NCBI GenBank assembly: GCA_963664705.1
Contig: OY761556.1
Span: 2,048,001 to 2,112,000, forward strand
Origin: Acidobacteriota bacterium
GTDB lineage: Bacteria > Acidobacteriota > UBA6911
DNA: 64,000 bases
Direction of reading: 5' to 3'
The position numbers and the translations under genes are program-made. Below the pieces are notes generated by a model. It was not told the origin of the DNA and did not search any database. It saw only the letters and a list, made by a program, of their open reading frames with translations. Numbering within the stretch: the stretch's first letter is position 1; each line of letters begins with the position of its first letter. Below, one piece after another: positions 30,029 through 39,775 of the stretch.

Positions 30029-30130
30029 CTAATACCGCACATTCTTTTTCGAGGGCGAAGTCCTTTGGAGTGAAGTAGTTTGCCACCGCCTTCGGCTTTT
30101 ATGGCTCTCAAAGGCGGCAGCAAGACGCCG
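30029..30130. repeat. Second long copy of the MITE/REP-like element
   Basis: 30031-30130 matches 16711-16810 at 74 of 100 positions without gaps (hand count). Confidence 0.75.
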
Positions 30131-30144
30131 GCGCTTCCAGCCGA

Positions 30145-32001
30145 CTAAATGCGGCCGAAATTGCGCTCGATTTCGTACATACTGAAACGCAGGATAACCG
30201 GTCGACCGTGAGGACAATTTGTGGGTATTCGCGTAAGCGACAGCTGATCCAGCAGCCATTGCATTTTCTCTGGGGTCAGGGGCATGTTCACCTTGACGGC
30301 GGCACGACAAGCGGTGCTCACACAAATTCTGTCCCGAATCCGCTCGACATCCAGCGTTCTCTCTTCATTTTCGAGACCCTCCAGAATCTCCGACAACAGT
30401 CTGCGATAGTCGGAATCTTTCGCCATGGCAGGGACCGAGCGGATCAGGATAGTGTTGCCGCCAAAGTGCTCGACCGTAAAACCGTTCCGGTTCAATTCCG
30501 GGACCATTCGATCAAATAGTGCGACCTGATGCGGAGGCAATTCCACGGAGAGAGGAACGAGCAGCCCCTGCGTCTCCAACGAACTGTTCTGGGCACCCGC
30601 CGCCATTTTTTCATATAGGATGCGCTCATGGGCAACGTGCTGATCAATGATGAGGAGTCCCTGGCTGTCGCAGGCAAGAATATAGCTTTCCTTCAACTGT
30701 CCCAGTATGCGTACCTCACCGGATTGAAAGGGGCGATCGACCCGCTCCGAAGCTCCCAGCAGCATAGTGGGCAGAATACGCAATGAAGCGTGATCTTCGA
30801 TTCCGGCCGAATCCATCGGCGGTGTCTCGCGGAACGGGTAATTCAGAGCACGCTGGAACGGATTGGGTGCGGCGGCCGGCGGTGTAAAATCAAATGTGCT
30901 TGCATACGCTGCCTCCCGGTTCAGCGGAGAAGCATATTGCAGCGCATTGATACCCATGGGATTGGATGAGGGGGCCAACTCCCGGTGTTCATAAACAGGA
31001 ATGCTGGTAGTCTTTACCAGGGCCTGCTCAATTGTATCGAGCACAAGCTTATGCACCGTGCTCTGATCGCGGAATCGAATTTCTGTTTTTGCCGGATGCG
31101 CGTTTACATCCACCTCATCAAAAGGCAATTCCACAAAAAGGATCACAACCGGATAGGCGGAAGAGGGCATGCAATTTCTGTACGCCTGTCGGATTGCACT
31201 GGTGATGACCTTGTCCCGCACCATCCGCCGATTCACATAAAAGAATTGGGAATAGGCATTTGTTCTTTGTTCATGCGGACGTGAGCTGAATCCGCGGATA
31301 CTCACGGGGCCCGTTTGACCGGACAGCTCGATCAGATTATCCAGAAATCCTTCCCCGAAAATCTGATAAACCCTTTCTCTGATCTCCGTGACAGCGACCG
31401 CATCCATCAGTACGCGGCCGTCGCTTTCCAATGTAAATCGAATCTCGGGATGCGCCAGGGCATAGTGCGTCACCAACCTGGCAATATGACCCAGCTCCGT
31501 GTCATGCGACCTGAGAAATTTCCTTCGGGCCGGCACATTGAAGAATAAATCACGAACCGTAATCTCCGTCCCTTTGTCCCAGGGTATCGGTTTCACGGCA
31601 CGCATTACTCCACCCTGGATCTCCAGTTCCGTTCCGGAAATGGAATCGGATCCGCGCTGTCTTGTTTTGAGTGTGAGACGCGAAATGGAGGCAATCGAGG
31701 GAAGCGCTTCTCCTCGGAACCCAAGCGTGGCTATTGCCGTCAAATCGTCGGCCGTCTGCAGTTTGCTTGTCGCATGATGTTCAAAAGCCAGAATTGCATC
31801 ATCCGGGCTCATCCCCTCGCCGTCATCTCGAACCTGGATGGAGCGCTTCCCTCCCGACATGATGGCGACGTGCACGGCCCGGCATTGCGCATCAATCGAG
31901 TTCTCCAGCAACTCCTTCACCACAGACGCCGGCCGCTCCACGATTTCACCGGCGGCTATCTTGTTCGCTAGAATTTCAGGGAGAACCCGGATCTTATTCA
32001 T
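30145..32001 (-). CDS. mutL: DNA mismatch repair endonuclease MutL
   Basis: IAAGEIVERPASVVKELLENSIDA, GFRGEAL, DQHVAHER, CPHGRP. Confidence 0.98.
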   Translation of the reverse strand: MNKIRVLPEILANKIAAGEIVERPASVVKELLENSIDAQCRAVHVAIMSGGKRSIQVRDDGEGMSPDDAILAFEHHATSKLQTADDLTAIATLGFRGEALPSIASISRLTLKTRQRGSDSISGTELEIQGGVMRAVKPIPWDKGTEITVRDLFFNVPARRKFLRSHDTELGHIARLVTHYALAHPEIRFTLESDGRVLMDAVAVTEIRERVYQIFGEGFLDNLIELSGQTGPVSIRGFSSRPHEQRTNAYSQFFYVNRRMVRDKVITSAIRQAYRNCMPSSAYPVVILFVELPFDEVDVNAHPAKTEIRFRDQSTVHKLVLDTIEQALVKTTSIPVYEHRELAPSSNPMGINALQYASPLNREAAYASTFDFTPPAAAPNPFQRALNYPFRETPPMDSAGIEDHASLRILPTMLLGASERVDRPFQSGEVRILGQLKESYILACDSQGLLIIDQHVAHERILYEKMAAGAQNSSLETQGLLVPLSVELPPHQVALFDRMVPELNRNGFTVEHFGGNTILIRSVPAMAKDSDYRRLLSEILEGLENEERTLDVERIRDRICVSTACRAAVKVNMPLTPEKMQWLLDQLSLTRIPTNCPHGRPVILRFSMYEIERNFGRI

Positions 32002-33317
32002 TCGTTTGACTGCACCGTCTGTTCCGGCTTCGGGGCCGCAGGTTTCCAGCTATTGCTTTTGACTGAATCGAGATATTCGATCAGTTCCGGAATGGACACT
32101 TCCCATTGTCGCGATTCACGAAGACTCTTGATGGCATACCGATCTTGTGCAAGTTCATTGTCGCCAATGATCAGCACGTGTTCCGAATTCAGCTTATTGG
32201 CCTGGCGCATCTGGCTTTTCAGACTTCCCTGCCCAAATTCCACATAGCAGGAATGGCCGCGATGCCTCAACGTGCGGGCAATCTCCAGCGCCTTTCTGAA
32301 CGCCGGTTCTCCCATAAAGGCCAGATATAATTCGGGTTTGAACTGCGCTTCCGCACTCTGCTCCTGCGGCATCACCATGACCAGACGATCCAATCCCATG
32401 GCAAAACCGATGCCTTTGGCCGGAGGGCCGCCCAGCACTTCGGAAAGCCCATCGTATCGCCCCCCGCCAACCAGTGCATTCTGCGCGCCGAGGTCTCCGC
32501 TCACGATTTCAAATGCCGTCTTGACGTAGTAATCCAGCCCACGCACAAGTCTGGGAACGATCTGGAATAGAATCCCCGCCGCGTCCAGGTATCCGCGAAC
32601 GCTCTCGAAATGGCTGCGGCATTCCTCACACAGGTGATCCGTTATGACGGGAAGCTTCTGAATATATGGCTGACAGCTTTCCACCTTGCAATCCAGAACA
32701 CGAAGGCTGTTGGTCGTGGCGCGCCTGCGGCAATCTTCACAAAAATGAGGCAGATCTTCCTGCAGCGCACGGCGGAGCATCTCAATATATGCCGGTCTGC
32801 AGTTGCCGCAGCCGACCGAATTCAGGAGCAGCCGTCCCTTAACCCCGATGGAATCCAGGAACCACAAAGCCATTTCAATCAGCTCGGCATCGACGGCCGG
32901 ATGATCTGATCCGAGCGATTCTGCACCAATCTGGTAGAACTGGCGCCACCGGCCCTTCTGCTTTTTCTCGTGTCGAAACATAGGCCCGATGTAATACATC
33001 TTGGTAAGCCCGCCGCCGCGATACATTGTATGCTGGATGTAGGCACGAACCACGGAAGCCGTCGCCTCCGGGCGAAGCGTTACGGAACGTTCGCTCTGGT
33101 CCACAAATGTATACATTTCCTTGCCTACGATATCCGTATCCCCACCGATCCCCCGGGCAAACAGCTCGGTGGGCTCAATGATCGGAGTACGTATTTCAAG
33201 ATATCCGTACTTTTGGAAAATATTTCGCGCGCGTTCTTCCGCCACATGCCAGCAGGCAATCTCCTCCGGCAGAAGGTCTCTGGTTCCAGGAAGGTTGCTT
33301 AAAACGAGTTCATCCAT
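31998..33317 (-). CDS. hisS: Histidine--tRNA ligase
   Basis: PGTRD, LRPEATA, RQFYQIG, LVRGLDYY, GGGRYDGL. Confidence 0.97.
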   Translation of the reverse strand: MDELVLSNLPGTRDLLPEEIACWHVAEERARNIFQKYGYLEIRTPIIEPTELFARGIGGDTDIVGKEMYTFVDQSERSVTLRPEATASVVRAYIQHTMYRGGGLTKMYYIGPMFRHEKKQKGRWRQFYQIGAESLGSDHPAVDAELIEMALWFLDSIGVKGRLLLNSVGCGNCRPAYIEMLRRALQEDLPHFCEDCRRRATTNSLRVLDCKVESCQPYIQKLPVITDHLCEECRSHFESVRGYLDAAGILFQIVPRLVRGLDYYVKTAFEIVSGDLGAQNALVGGGRYDGLSEVLGGPPAKGIGFAMGLDRLVMVMPQEQSAEAQFKPELYLAFMGEPAFRKALEIARTLRHRGHSCYVEFGQGSLKSQMRQANKLNSEHVLIIGDNELAQDRYAIKSLRESRQWEVSIPELIEYLDSVKSNSWKPAAPKPEQTVQSNE

Positions 33318-33584
33318 CGTATGTCCTTCGGATAAATAAGGTAAGCAGCTATGGTAGCAAATTCCCGCCGCTCTGGTAATGGTTTTCCGACAAGGCAGGC
33401 CCCCTGTGGCTGGAAGCTATTGGATCTGGATATTTTTCGACTTCCGTTATCAGTATCTTCATAACGTCTGCACCTTTAACTGTTTATGTATCCAGAAATG
33501 CTCGCCTCTGTGCAACTTCCTCCGCGGGAAACTATCAGAATAGTCAGGGAGCCCAGGATGGGTACGAGAAACAGGAGGGTGCCG

Positions 33585-34568
33585 ATGTTGAAAGAGCAGG
33601 AGTTGAGAGAACAACTCAGGAAAGAGATCATTGGACAGGACAAGGCGATTGATGCCATGGTCCGCGCTGTGATGGTTGCCAATCTTGGAATCTGCGATCC
33701 GCAGCGACCATTGGGTACATTTCTGTTCCTTGGGCCGACCGGGACAGGCAAGAGTCAGATCGGCCGATCACTGGCCCAGATTCTGCATGGAAACGACTCG
33801 GGGCTTCTTGTCATCAACTGCACGGAATTCAAGAATCCGCACGATGTTTCCAAGCTCACAGGAGCGCCTCCGGGATATATCGGCCACGACCATCCGCCTT
33901 TTCTTACCCCTGAGCGCTTGGAAAAAAAGCAGACCATCGTCATTTTCGAAGAATTGGAGAAGGCCGATCGTGCGCTCAATGACCTCCTTCTGCAAATTCT
34001 TGAAAGAGGTGAATTGAAGACCGGACTCGGCGTGGATCTCAGCTTCAGGAATTGCTTCATTATTCTGACCAGCAATGTCTGTGCGAAGGAAGTGGATCAG
34101 ATAACCACCAACTCCTACATTGGCTTCAATCCGGTCTATCCCAAGCTTGAAGGTATGGACCAGGATGTCGCCAATGACAAAATCCGTTCCGTCTGCATTG
34201 GCGCCGTCGAGGACTTTTTCAGTCCCGAATTTATCAATCGCATCGATGAAATAGTGACGTTTAATCGCCTGAAAGACGATCACCTGATGCTGATCCTTGA
34301 GAAGTTTCTCGCCGACACCAGAGCGCGCCTGGCAACTGCGGGGATTGCCGCCATCGTTTCAGAGGCTTCCAAGCGCTTTCTTATCCGAAAAGGAACCAAT
34401 CTTCGCTATGGAGCCCGGCCCTTGCGCCGAGCGGTACGGGAATACCTGGAATACCCGCTGGCTGCACTGATTGCTGAAGAGGGAGCGACTCGCAACCAGA
34501 TTGTGCATGTGGAGGCTGAGGAGGAGTGCCTGTCCTTCCACTTTGCCAGAATGGCGGCAGCGTCTTAG
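33585..34568 (+). CDS. Stand-alone ClpB/ClpC D2-type AAA+ ATPase
   Basis: IIGQDKA, FLFLGPTGTGKS, GAPPGYIG pore loop, FEELEKA, FSPEFINRID, YGARPLRR; AGGAGG SD before ATG 33585. Confidence 0.88.
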   Translation: MLKEQELREQLRKEIIGQDKAIDAMVRAVMVANLGICDPQRPLGTFLFLGPTGTGKSQIGRSLAQILHGNDSGLLVINCTEFKNPHDVSKLTGAPPGYIGHDHPPFLTPERLEKKQTIVIFEELEKADRALNDLLLQILERGELKTGLGVDLSFRNCFIILTSNVCAKEVDQITTNSYIGFNPVYPKLEGMDQDVANDKIRSVCIGAVEDFFSPEFINRIDEIVTFNRLKDDHLMLILEKFLADTRARLATAGIAAIVSEASKRFLIRKGTNLRYGARPLRRAVREYLEYPLAALIAEEGATRNQIVHVEAEEECLSFHFARMAAAS

Positions 34569-34718
34569 AAGACTTCCAGCGAAATTCCAGATTCCGGATT
34601 CCTATTCCAGACTGAGCGTTTCGCCGGCACAGGCGTAGCCTCCACGATGCGGATGACGCATACACCTTGTCTAAGCCCTGCAAGGCCAGTGAAGCGACAG
34701 GCCCGGAGGGCTGCTGAA

Positions 34719-36131
34719 TTATTGGCTTTCCCTGAAAACGCTTCGCTTGGACACTTCCTGAATCAGGGTCTCGAGGTAGCTGACGAACTTTCGCATTCTC
34801 GTGCGGATTTCGGCAAGGTTGATGGAAACAACGATTGCATCTGAAAAGCTTTCAAATTCCGCCCAGTCCCGATACATCAGCGAGTGGAGCGATGAATCCT
34901 TGAAAGCCCCGATGCGTTCCACGATGCGCGTCGCATCCAGTTCCTCTTTATCCGCAAGCAAATCCATCAGCCAGCGTCGCAAATCCCAAAGATCCTGACG
35001 GAGCTTTTCGGCGGCGACCAGTTGACCGGCACGAGCCGGGAATAGAGTGGATCCGTCAAAGTTCTTATCCAGGGATTGAATCAGACTCACGATGCAACTT
35101 TGACAGCAATTGCGAAGCAGTCCATGGCTGTTTTCCATCCGGCTGTAAACAACCCTGGGGTCCATTTCGCGAGCAATGCCGACCAGTTCCCGGGATTGCA
35201 CCCGCTGGGATTCCATCTTCATCGAATAGGTAACAAGTTCAGCTGCATTTTGAAGCGCGGGAGCGACGTCGTTATTGCGCAAAATGCGGGCTTTCATAAA
35301 ATCGGCCAGGCTTCCCATTTCCTCATGAATGAGGGCAAAGATCACAAGGTGCTGCTTCAGCGGCCTGTCCTTGGTCAAATCAGCCATGACAATTCGCAGG
35401 TATTTCAGGAAACGGAAGAGATAGAGAAAAACCAGCGCGACATTTCTTCTGACCGTCTCATGCGGGATGCGCCGAAGCGTGGCAATCAGCGCCTTGTTTT
35501 CGATAAGATCGTACTGCAATTTGAATCGCTGACTAATCAGCATGTCGACATAGCGGCAGTTCTTCAGCTCGCGGCTGAAGTTTCGGCCCAGGGAAATGAA
35601 CAGCTGGAAATCCCGACCGGGCTGAAGATTCAGTGAATCGATGGTGATACGCAGATCGTTGAGAGCCTGCAACAATTGCGACAGGCTGTCGGCCGGTGTT
35701 AACTGTTCTGCGATGCGGCTGATATTCGAATCCAGGATTCTGTCCCGTCGCATCTGGTCTTCGATGAAATCCTCAAACTCGAACTTATCGTCCTGCCCCG
35801 CCCGAATGATGTCACAGGTGAACGCCTCACACCGTTGAACGGACTCGCGCACAATTCCGATCTCCGGCGCAAAGCTGCGCATTGCCAGCCCTGTTCTTTC
35901 CGACTCCCCGAGCGGCAGATGATCCAGGTCGAAGTATGCTTGGATCGCTTTCAGGCATGTTTCCATTCCAAAGAGGCTTTCAATTGCCCCCCTTTCCTGG
36001 ATCTGCTTGATCCACCTTGTGAGATTTTCCGTTCCTGCAATTATCTCGGAGTGCAGCGCATCGACAAAGGAGTTCTGAATGCGAAGACCTTTTCCCGGCT
36101 CCAGAGGCATACCCATCTCCCGATCAATCAA
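34719..36131 (-). CDS. Hypothetical protein, 470 aa, apparently helical
   Basis: Long ORF with an ATGA overlap with the upstream gene; no motif recognised. Confidence 0.75.
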   Translation of the reverse strand: MIDREMGMPLEPGKGLRIQNSFVDALHSEIIAGTENLTRWIKQIQERGAIESLFGMETCLKAIQAYFDLDHLPLGESERTGLAMRSFAPEIGIVRESVQRCEAFTCDIIRAGQDDKFEFEDFIEDQMRRDRILDSNISRIAEQLTPADSLSQLLQALNDLRITIDSLNLQPGRDFQLFISLGRNFSRELKNCRYVDMLISQRFKLQYDLIENKALIATLRRIPHETVRRNVALVFLYLFRFLKYLRIVMADLTKDRPLKQHLVIFALIHEEMGSLADFMKARILRNNDVAPALQNAAELVTYSMKMESQRVQSRELVGIAREMDPRVVYSRMENSHGLLRNCCQSCIVSLIQSLDKNFDGSTLFPARAGQLVAAEKLRQDLWDLRRWLMDLLADKEELDATRIVERIGAFKDSSLHSLMYRDWAEFESFSDAIVVSINLAEIRTRMRKFVSYLETLIQEVSKRSVFRESQ

Positions 36132-36490
36132 AGCGCCGATGACGAAAGCCTCCGAAATTCCTCGGTGCTTTTTCGCATTGCCAGCCAGTCTTCAAAGATA
36201 GCGGGGGTCTCCAGCCAGATGCGGAACCACTCGGCAATCTCCTGTTTCTGCAGGCGCTTCTGCAATGAAACCTTTCGGTTGCGGCCGATAAGCTCCGCCC
36301 GGTATCGCCCCAAACTGGCAATTCGGCGACAATACTCCACTCCTTTCTTATCGCTCGTTTCGCGATATTTTCGGCATAAATTTTCAAGCGTAAGTAGGGT
36401 CGACTCCGCCTCCTCCAGGGTAGCAAAAGCCAAAACACCCGTAAGTGCTTCGCTATAGGGAGGTTCTATGTTCAGCTCTTTGTGCGCCAT
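36128..36490 (-). CDS. Hypothetical protein, 120 aa
   Basis: Operon position between two minus-strand genes; charged helical sequence with WF..WLETP..F..W. Confidence 0.75.
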   Translation of the reverse strand: MAHKELNIEPPYSEALTGVLAFATLEEAESTLLTLENLCRKYRETSDKKGVEYCRRIASLGRYRAELIGRNRKVSLQKRLQKQEIAEWFRIWLETPAIFEDWLAMRKSTEEFRRLSSSAL

Positions 36491-36501
36491 GAAGTTGCAG
36501 A

Positions 36502-37155
36502 CTAGCGCGGGCCGGCGGAAATCGCAGTCTCCAGCCCAATCTCAAAAAAGATCATCCTGGACCCATTATCCCGCCGGTACACATTGGGAATATAGACCAC
36601 GGAATCTTTGAGATATGAAGTAAGGTCGTCAGAATTTATATGCAGGTACAGAAAGCCGCTCCCCTTGCTGTGCGGCTCCACAATCTTTTCCATGAGAAAC
36701 TTGGAGTCGAAATCATCCAAAGCATCCTGATTCAGATCAGATCTTGGAATTCTCGGCAGCACGGTTTTCGGAAACCATGATTTATCCTTCCGAAACAGGC
36801 GGTATACAACCTCATTCGGAGATAACGTCTTGGTATGATCTGAGCCGTGAATCAGCTCAATGGAGAGACCGTCGACCTCAATTGGAAAGTTGTTGTCATT
36901 GAAAATGATAACGGCCAACGGCATAATTCCGCGTGTTATCATATCGGGCTTGTCAAAGACACGTGCGGCCAGGGCGTCATTGAAAAGAGGCTCTGCCGCG
37001 ATAGTGACCCCTTCGCTCGTCAGGGTTGCAGGGTAAGTGGAGCGTTCACGAACAATCCATGGGCGGCTCTTATACCCACCCGCCCAGCCAGGCAGCGCAA
37101 CCCATGAAAACGCAATTACGAGCAGGAAGATCGAGAACAGCCTGATTTGTTTCAT
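36502..37155 (-). CDS. Hypothetical exported protein
   Basis: Signal peptide MKQIRLFSIFLLVIAFSWVALPGWA; GFLY motif. Confidence 0.75.
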   Translation of the reverse strand: MKQIRLFSIFLLVIAFSWVALPGWAGGYKSRPWIVRERSTYPATLTSEGVTIAAEPLFNDALAARVFDKPDMITRGIMPLAVIIFNDNNFPIEVDGLSIELIHGSDHTKTLSPNEVVYRLFRKDKSWFPKTVLPRIPRSDLNQDALDDFDSKFLMEKIVEPHSKGSGFLYLHINSDDLTSYLKDSVVYIPNVYRRDNGSRMIFFEIGLETAISAGPR

Positions 37156-37212
37156 ATTGGTATGGTAACAGATAAGTCGCTTTGATGGTTAACTATACCA
37201 TCGCTTGGGAGC

Positions 37213-38187
37213 TTGGCGGAATTGGATTCCTATCTTGTCTACATGCTCGCGGTTTGCGTCATTGCGCTATTTCGGCTTCTGCCGCGAAAGATTGGTTCGT
37301 GGATCATTCATTTTCTGGGCACCTGCGCCTACTACATCGATGCCCGGCACAGGCATATCGCCCATGTGAATCTCAGGATTGCCTTTCCCGAATTGAGCGC
37401 GAACGAAAGAGCAAGGATCGCGCGCAAAAGCTTCGGGAATACCGGGATGAATCTTCTGGAAATCAGCAAACTCTCAATCCTGACACCCGAAAATATAGGA
37501 TCCCTGGCTGATTATGATTCCGTGCATGGCATCGAAAACTACAAAGCGGCGCTGGCCAAAGGGAAAGGCATCCTTTATCTCACAGGGCATTTCAGCTCCT
37601 GGGAATTGCTTCCATCCGCCCATGCACTGCATGGCTATCCGTTAAGCTTTATCACGCGCCCGCTGGATAATGCTCCGCTTGAAAGATACCTGCTGAAAGT
37701 GCGCGAATCGAAGGGAAACCGTGTAATCAACAAGAAGAATTCAGCACGCGCCATCCTGAAAAGCCTGTCTTCCGCGGGTACCGCCGGGATACTAATGGAT
37801 CAGAATACCAGCCTGCAGGAGGGCATTTTTGTAGATTTTTTTGGCATTCCTGCCGCGACCACTACAAGTGTTGCCTTGTTTGCGCTTCGCACCGAGGCCC
37901 CTGTTCTGCCAGGCTATCTTACTCTGATGCAAAATGGCCGCTATCGCATCAAATTCCTGAGCCCGGTTGAAATGGTTCGGACGGGAGACACAAGCCGCGA
38001 CCTGGAGGTCAACACCCGCCGATTCAATGAAATTTTCGAAAGCATTATCCGTGAACAGCCGGAATCATGGCTCTGGGGACATCGGCGCTGGAAATATCAG
38101 CCTTCGGGAAATCCCCCGGATCTCTATGCTCTTTCCGATGAGGAATTATCCAGCTTCCTGCAAAAAGCCCGCGTCGGTAAAAACTGA
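37213..38187 (+). CDS. Lipid A late acyltransferase (LpxL/HtrB family)
   Basis: NLRIAFPE, TGHFSSWE, LMDQ, P.SWLWGHRRWK. Confidence 0.92.
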   Translation: MAELDSYLVYMLAVCVIALFRLLPRKIGSWIIHFLGTCAYYIDARHRHIAHVNLRIAFPELSANERARIARKSFGNTGMNLLEISKLSILTPENIGSLADYDSVHGIENYKAALAKGKGILYLTGHFSSWELLPSAHALHGYPLSFITRPLDNAPLERYLLKVRESKGNRVINKKNSARAILKSLSSAGTAGILMDQNTSLQEGIFVDFFGIPAATTTSVALFALRTEAPVLPGYLTLMQNGRYRIKFLSPVEMVRTGDTSRDLEVNTRRFNEIFESIIREQPESWLWGHRRWKYQPSGNPPDLYALSDEELSSFLQKARVGKN

Positions 38188-38196
38188 CGACCGGCA

Positions 38197-39684
38197 TCAA
38201 CGCGATGGAGAATTCATAAGGCGGGTAAAGGAGTCTTTGTAGCGGATACTGTCCAGAACGGAATGAACCTTCTTCAATTCCTCTTTCAGGATAGGACGGT
38301 ATTTCTCCGGCTCCATTTCAATTGCTTTCCCGAAGGCAGCAATGGATGGATCCGGCTGTTGAGCTTTGGCATATAGAATCCCAAGCCTGAAATAGTCGAG
38401 GGATTGGCCTTTCCCAAGTGCAATCACTTTTTCGTGCGCCTGGATTGCATCCTTATCCAATTCGAGTTTTTCCGCTACAAGTGCCAGATTGCCCCAGGCA
38501 GCGGCATATCCCGGGTCCAACTGGACCGCAATTCTCAGCTCGGCGATTGCTTCGTCCATCCGCTTCTGTTCCGCATACAGCGTCCCCAGGTTGTAGTGCA
38601 CTTCCTTTTGTTTTGGACTTATCTCGAGAGCCCGCTTATAGGCAGCGATAGCATCATCGGGACGATTCAGTTCCCCATACAGATCGCCCAACAGGAAATA
38701 GGCATTGGCATTCCCCGCATCAAGTCGAGTGGCCGATTCCAAAGCCTTTGCCGCTTCCTCCGCCCGATTCGAATTCGCCAGGCTGAATCCAAGCTTGGTA
38801 TAAACGGCGGCTTGCTCCGTTGTCTTTTCCAAAGCAGCCCGGTAGGCCGTGATCGCTTTTGCATGCTGCTGCAGATAGGAATAGGCATCGCCCAGTCTCT
38901 CGAGCAGATCGGGGTTCCCCCCTTTCACAGCATTTGCCGCCTCGAGTTTGGCAGCCGCCTCGGGATAGTTTTTCTGACGAAGAAAGATCAAGCCGAGATT
39001 AAACAGTGCGGTGAAGTTGTTCGGCTCCGTGATCAGCGCATCCTTATAGTGGCTGATCGCGGGATCCACCTGATTATTGCGTTGATATAACTGGGCAAGT
39101 TCAATGCGCGACTGAACGTCGGCCGGTTCCTTCTCGAGGACCAGCTGAAGATTTTTCATGGCCGCATCGTCTTCTTTATTGTTGAACTGGAGATACGCCA
39201 GGGCTCTCAGCATTTTAATATCGCCCGGCTTCCTTTTCAGTCCCTCTTCCAGCGCAATTACCGCTTGTGGCGTGTTACCAAGTTCCTGATGTGCGGCGGC
39301 CAGCATGAAAAAGATTCCGCCATCAAACTTGGGCTCCAGCTTCAGAACCATTTCAAATTCGACGATCGCATCCTTCATCTGCTTTCGGCTGGCGTGGATC
39401 AGACCGAGATTATAATGCGCTTCCATAAAATCCGGCTTGATCTCAATGGCCTTTTGAAAATATCCCATCTGCTCGTCGCTGTTTTCCTTCGGCGTGCCGA
39501 TCAGGTCCTCTCCCTTTTTGAACCAGACCATTGCATCCCGATAGATCCTGGCATCATCCATCGTTACTACTTTCTTTTCCGGCGGTTTTTGAGTCTTCCG
39601 CGATTGGGCGGTCGCTGAAATCGCCCCGCAAAGAAAGATGCAGGAAATCAAGAGTGCTCGATATTTCGGAGATTGGATGAACAT
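38197..39684 (-). CDS. Exported tetratricopeptide-repeat protein
   Basis: Signal peptide and many TPRs (AHYNLG, ALFNLG, AYFLLG, VHYNLG). Confidence 0.9.
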   Translation of the reverse strand: MFIQSPKYRALLISCIFLCGAISATAQSRKTQKPPEKKVVTMDDARIYRDAMVWFKKGEDLIGTPKENSDEQMGYFQKAIEIKPDFMEAHYNLGLIHASRKQMKDAIVEFEMVLKLEPKFDGGIFFMLAAAHQELGNTPQAVIALEEGLKRKPGDIKMLRALAYLQFNNKEDDAAMKNLQLVLEKEPADVQSRIELAQLYQRNNQVDPAISHYKDALITEPNNFTALFNLGLIFLRQKNYPEAAAKLEAANAVKGGNPDLLERLGDAYSYLQQHAKAITAYRAALEKTTEQAAVYTKLGFSLANSNRAEEAAKALESATRLDAGNANAYFLLGDLYGELNRPDDAIAAYKRALEISPKQKEVHYNLGTLYAEQKRMDEAIAELRIAVQLDPGYAAAWGNLALVAEKLELDKDAIQAHEKVIALGKGQSLDYFRLGILYAKAQQPDPSIAAFGKAIEMEPEKYRPILKEELKKVHSVLDSIRYKDSFTRLMNSPSR

Positions 39685-39775
39685 AGGGGAAATTGTAATC
39701 CATGCCTTGTGGAACCGCAAAGATACCGTGCAGGCAGAGTTTTTTCAGCAGAGTATCCTCGCGGTCCCGTCAAGT

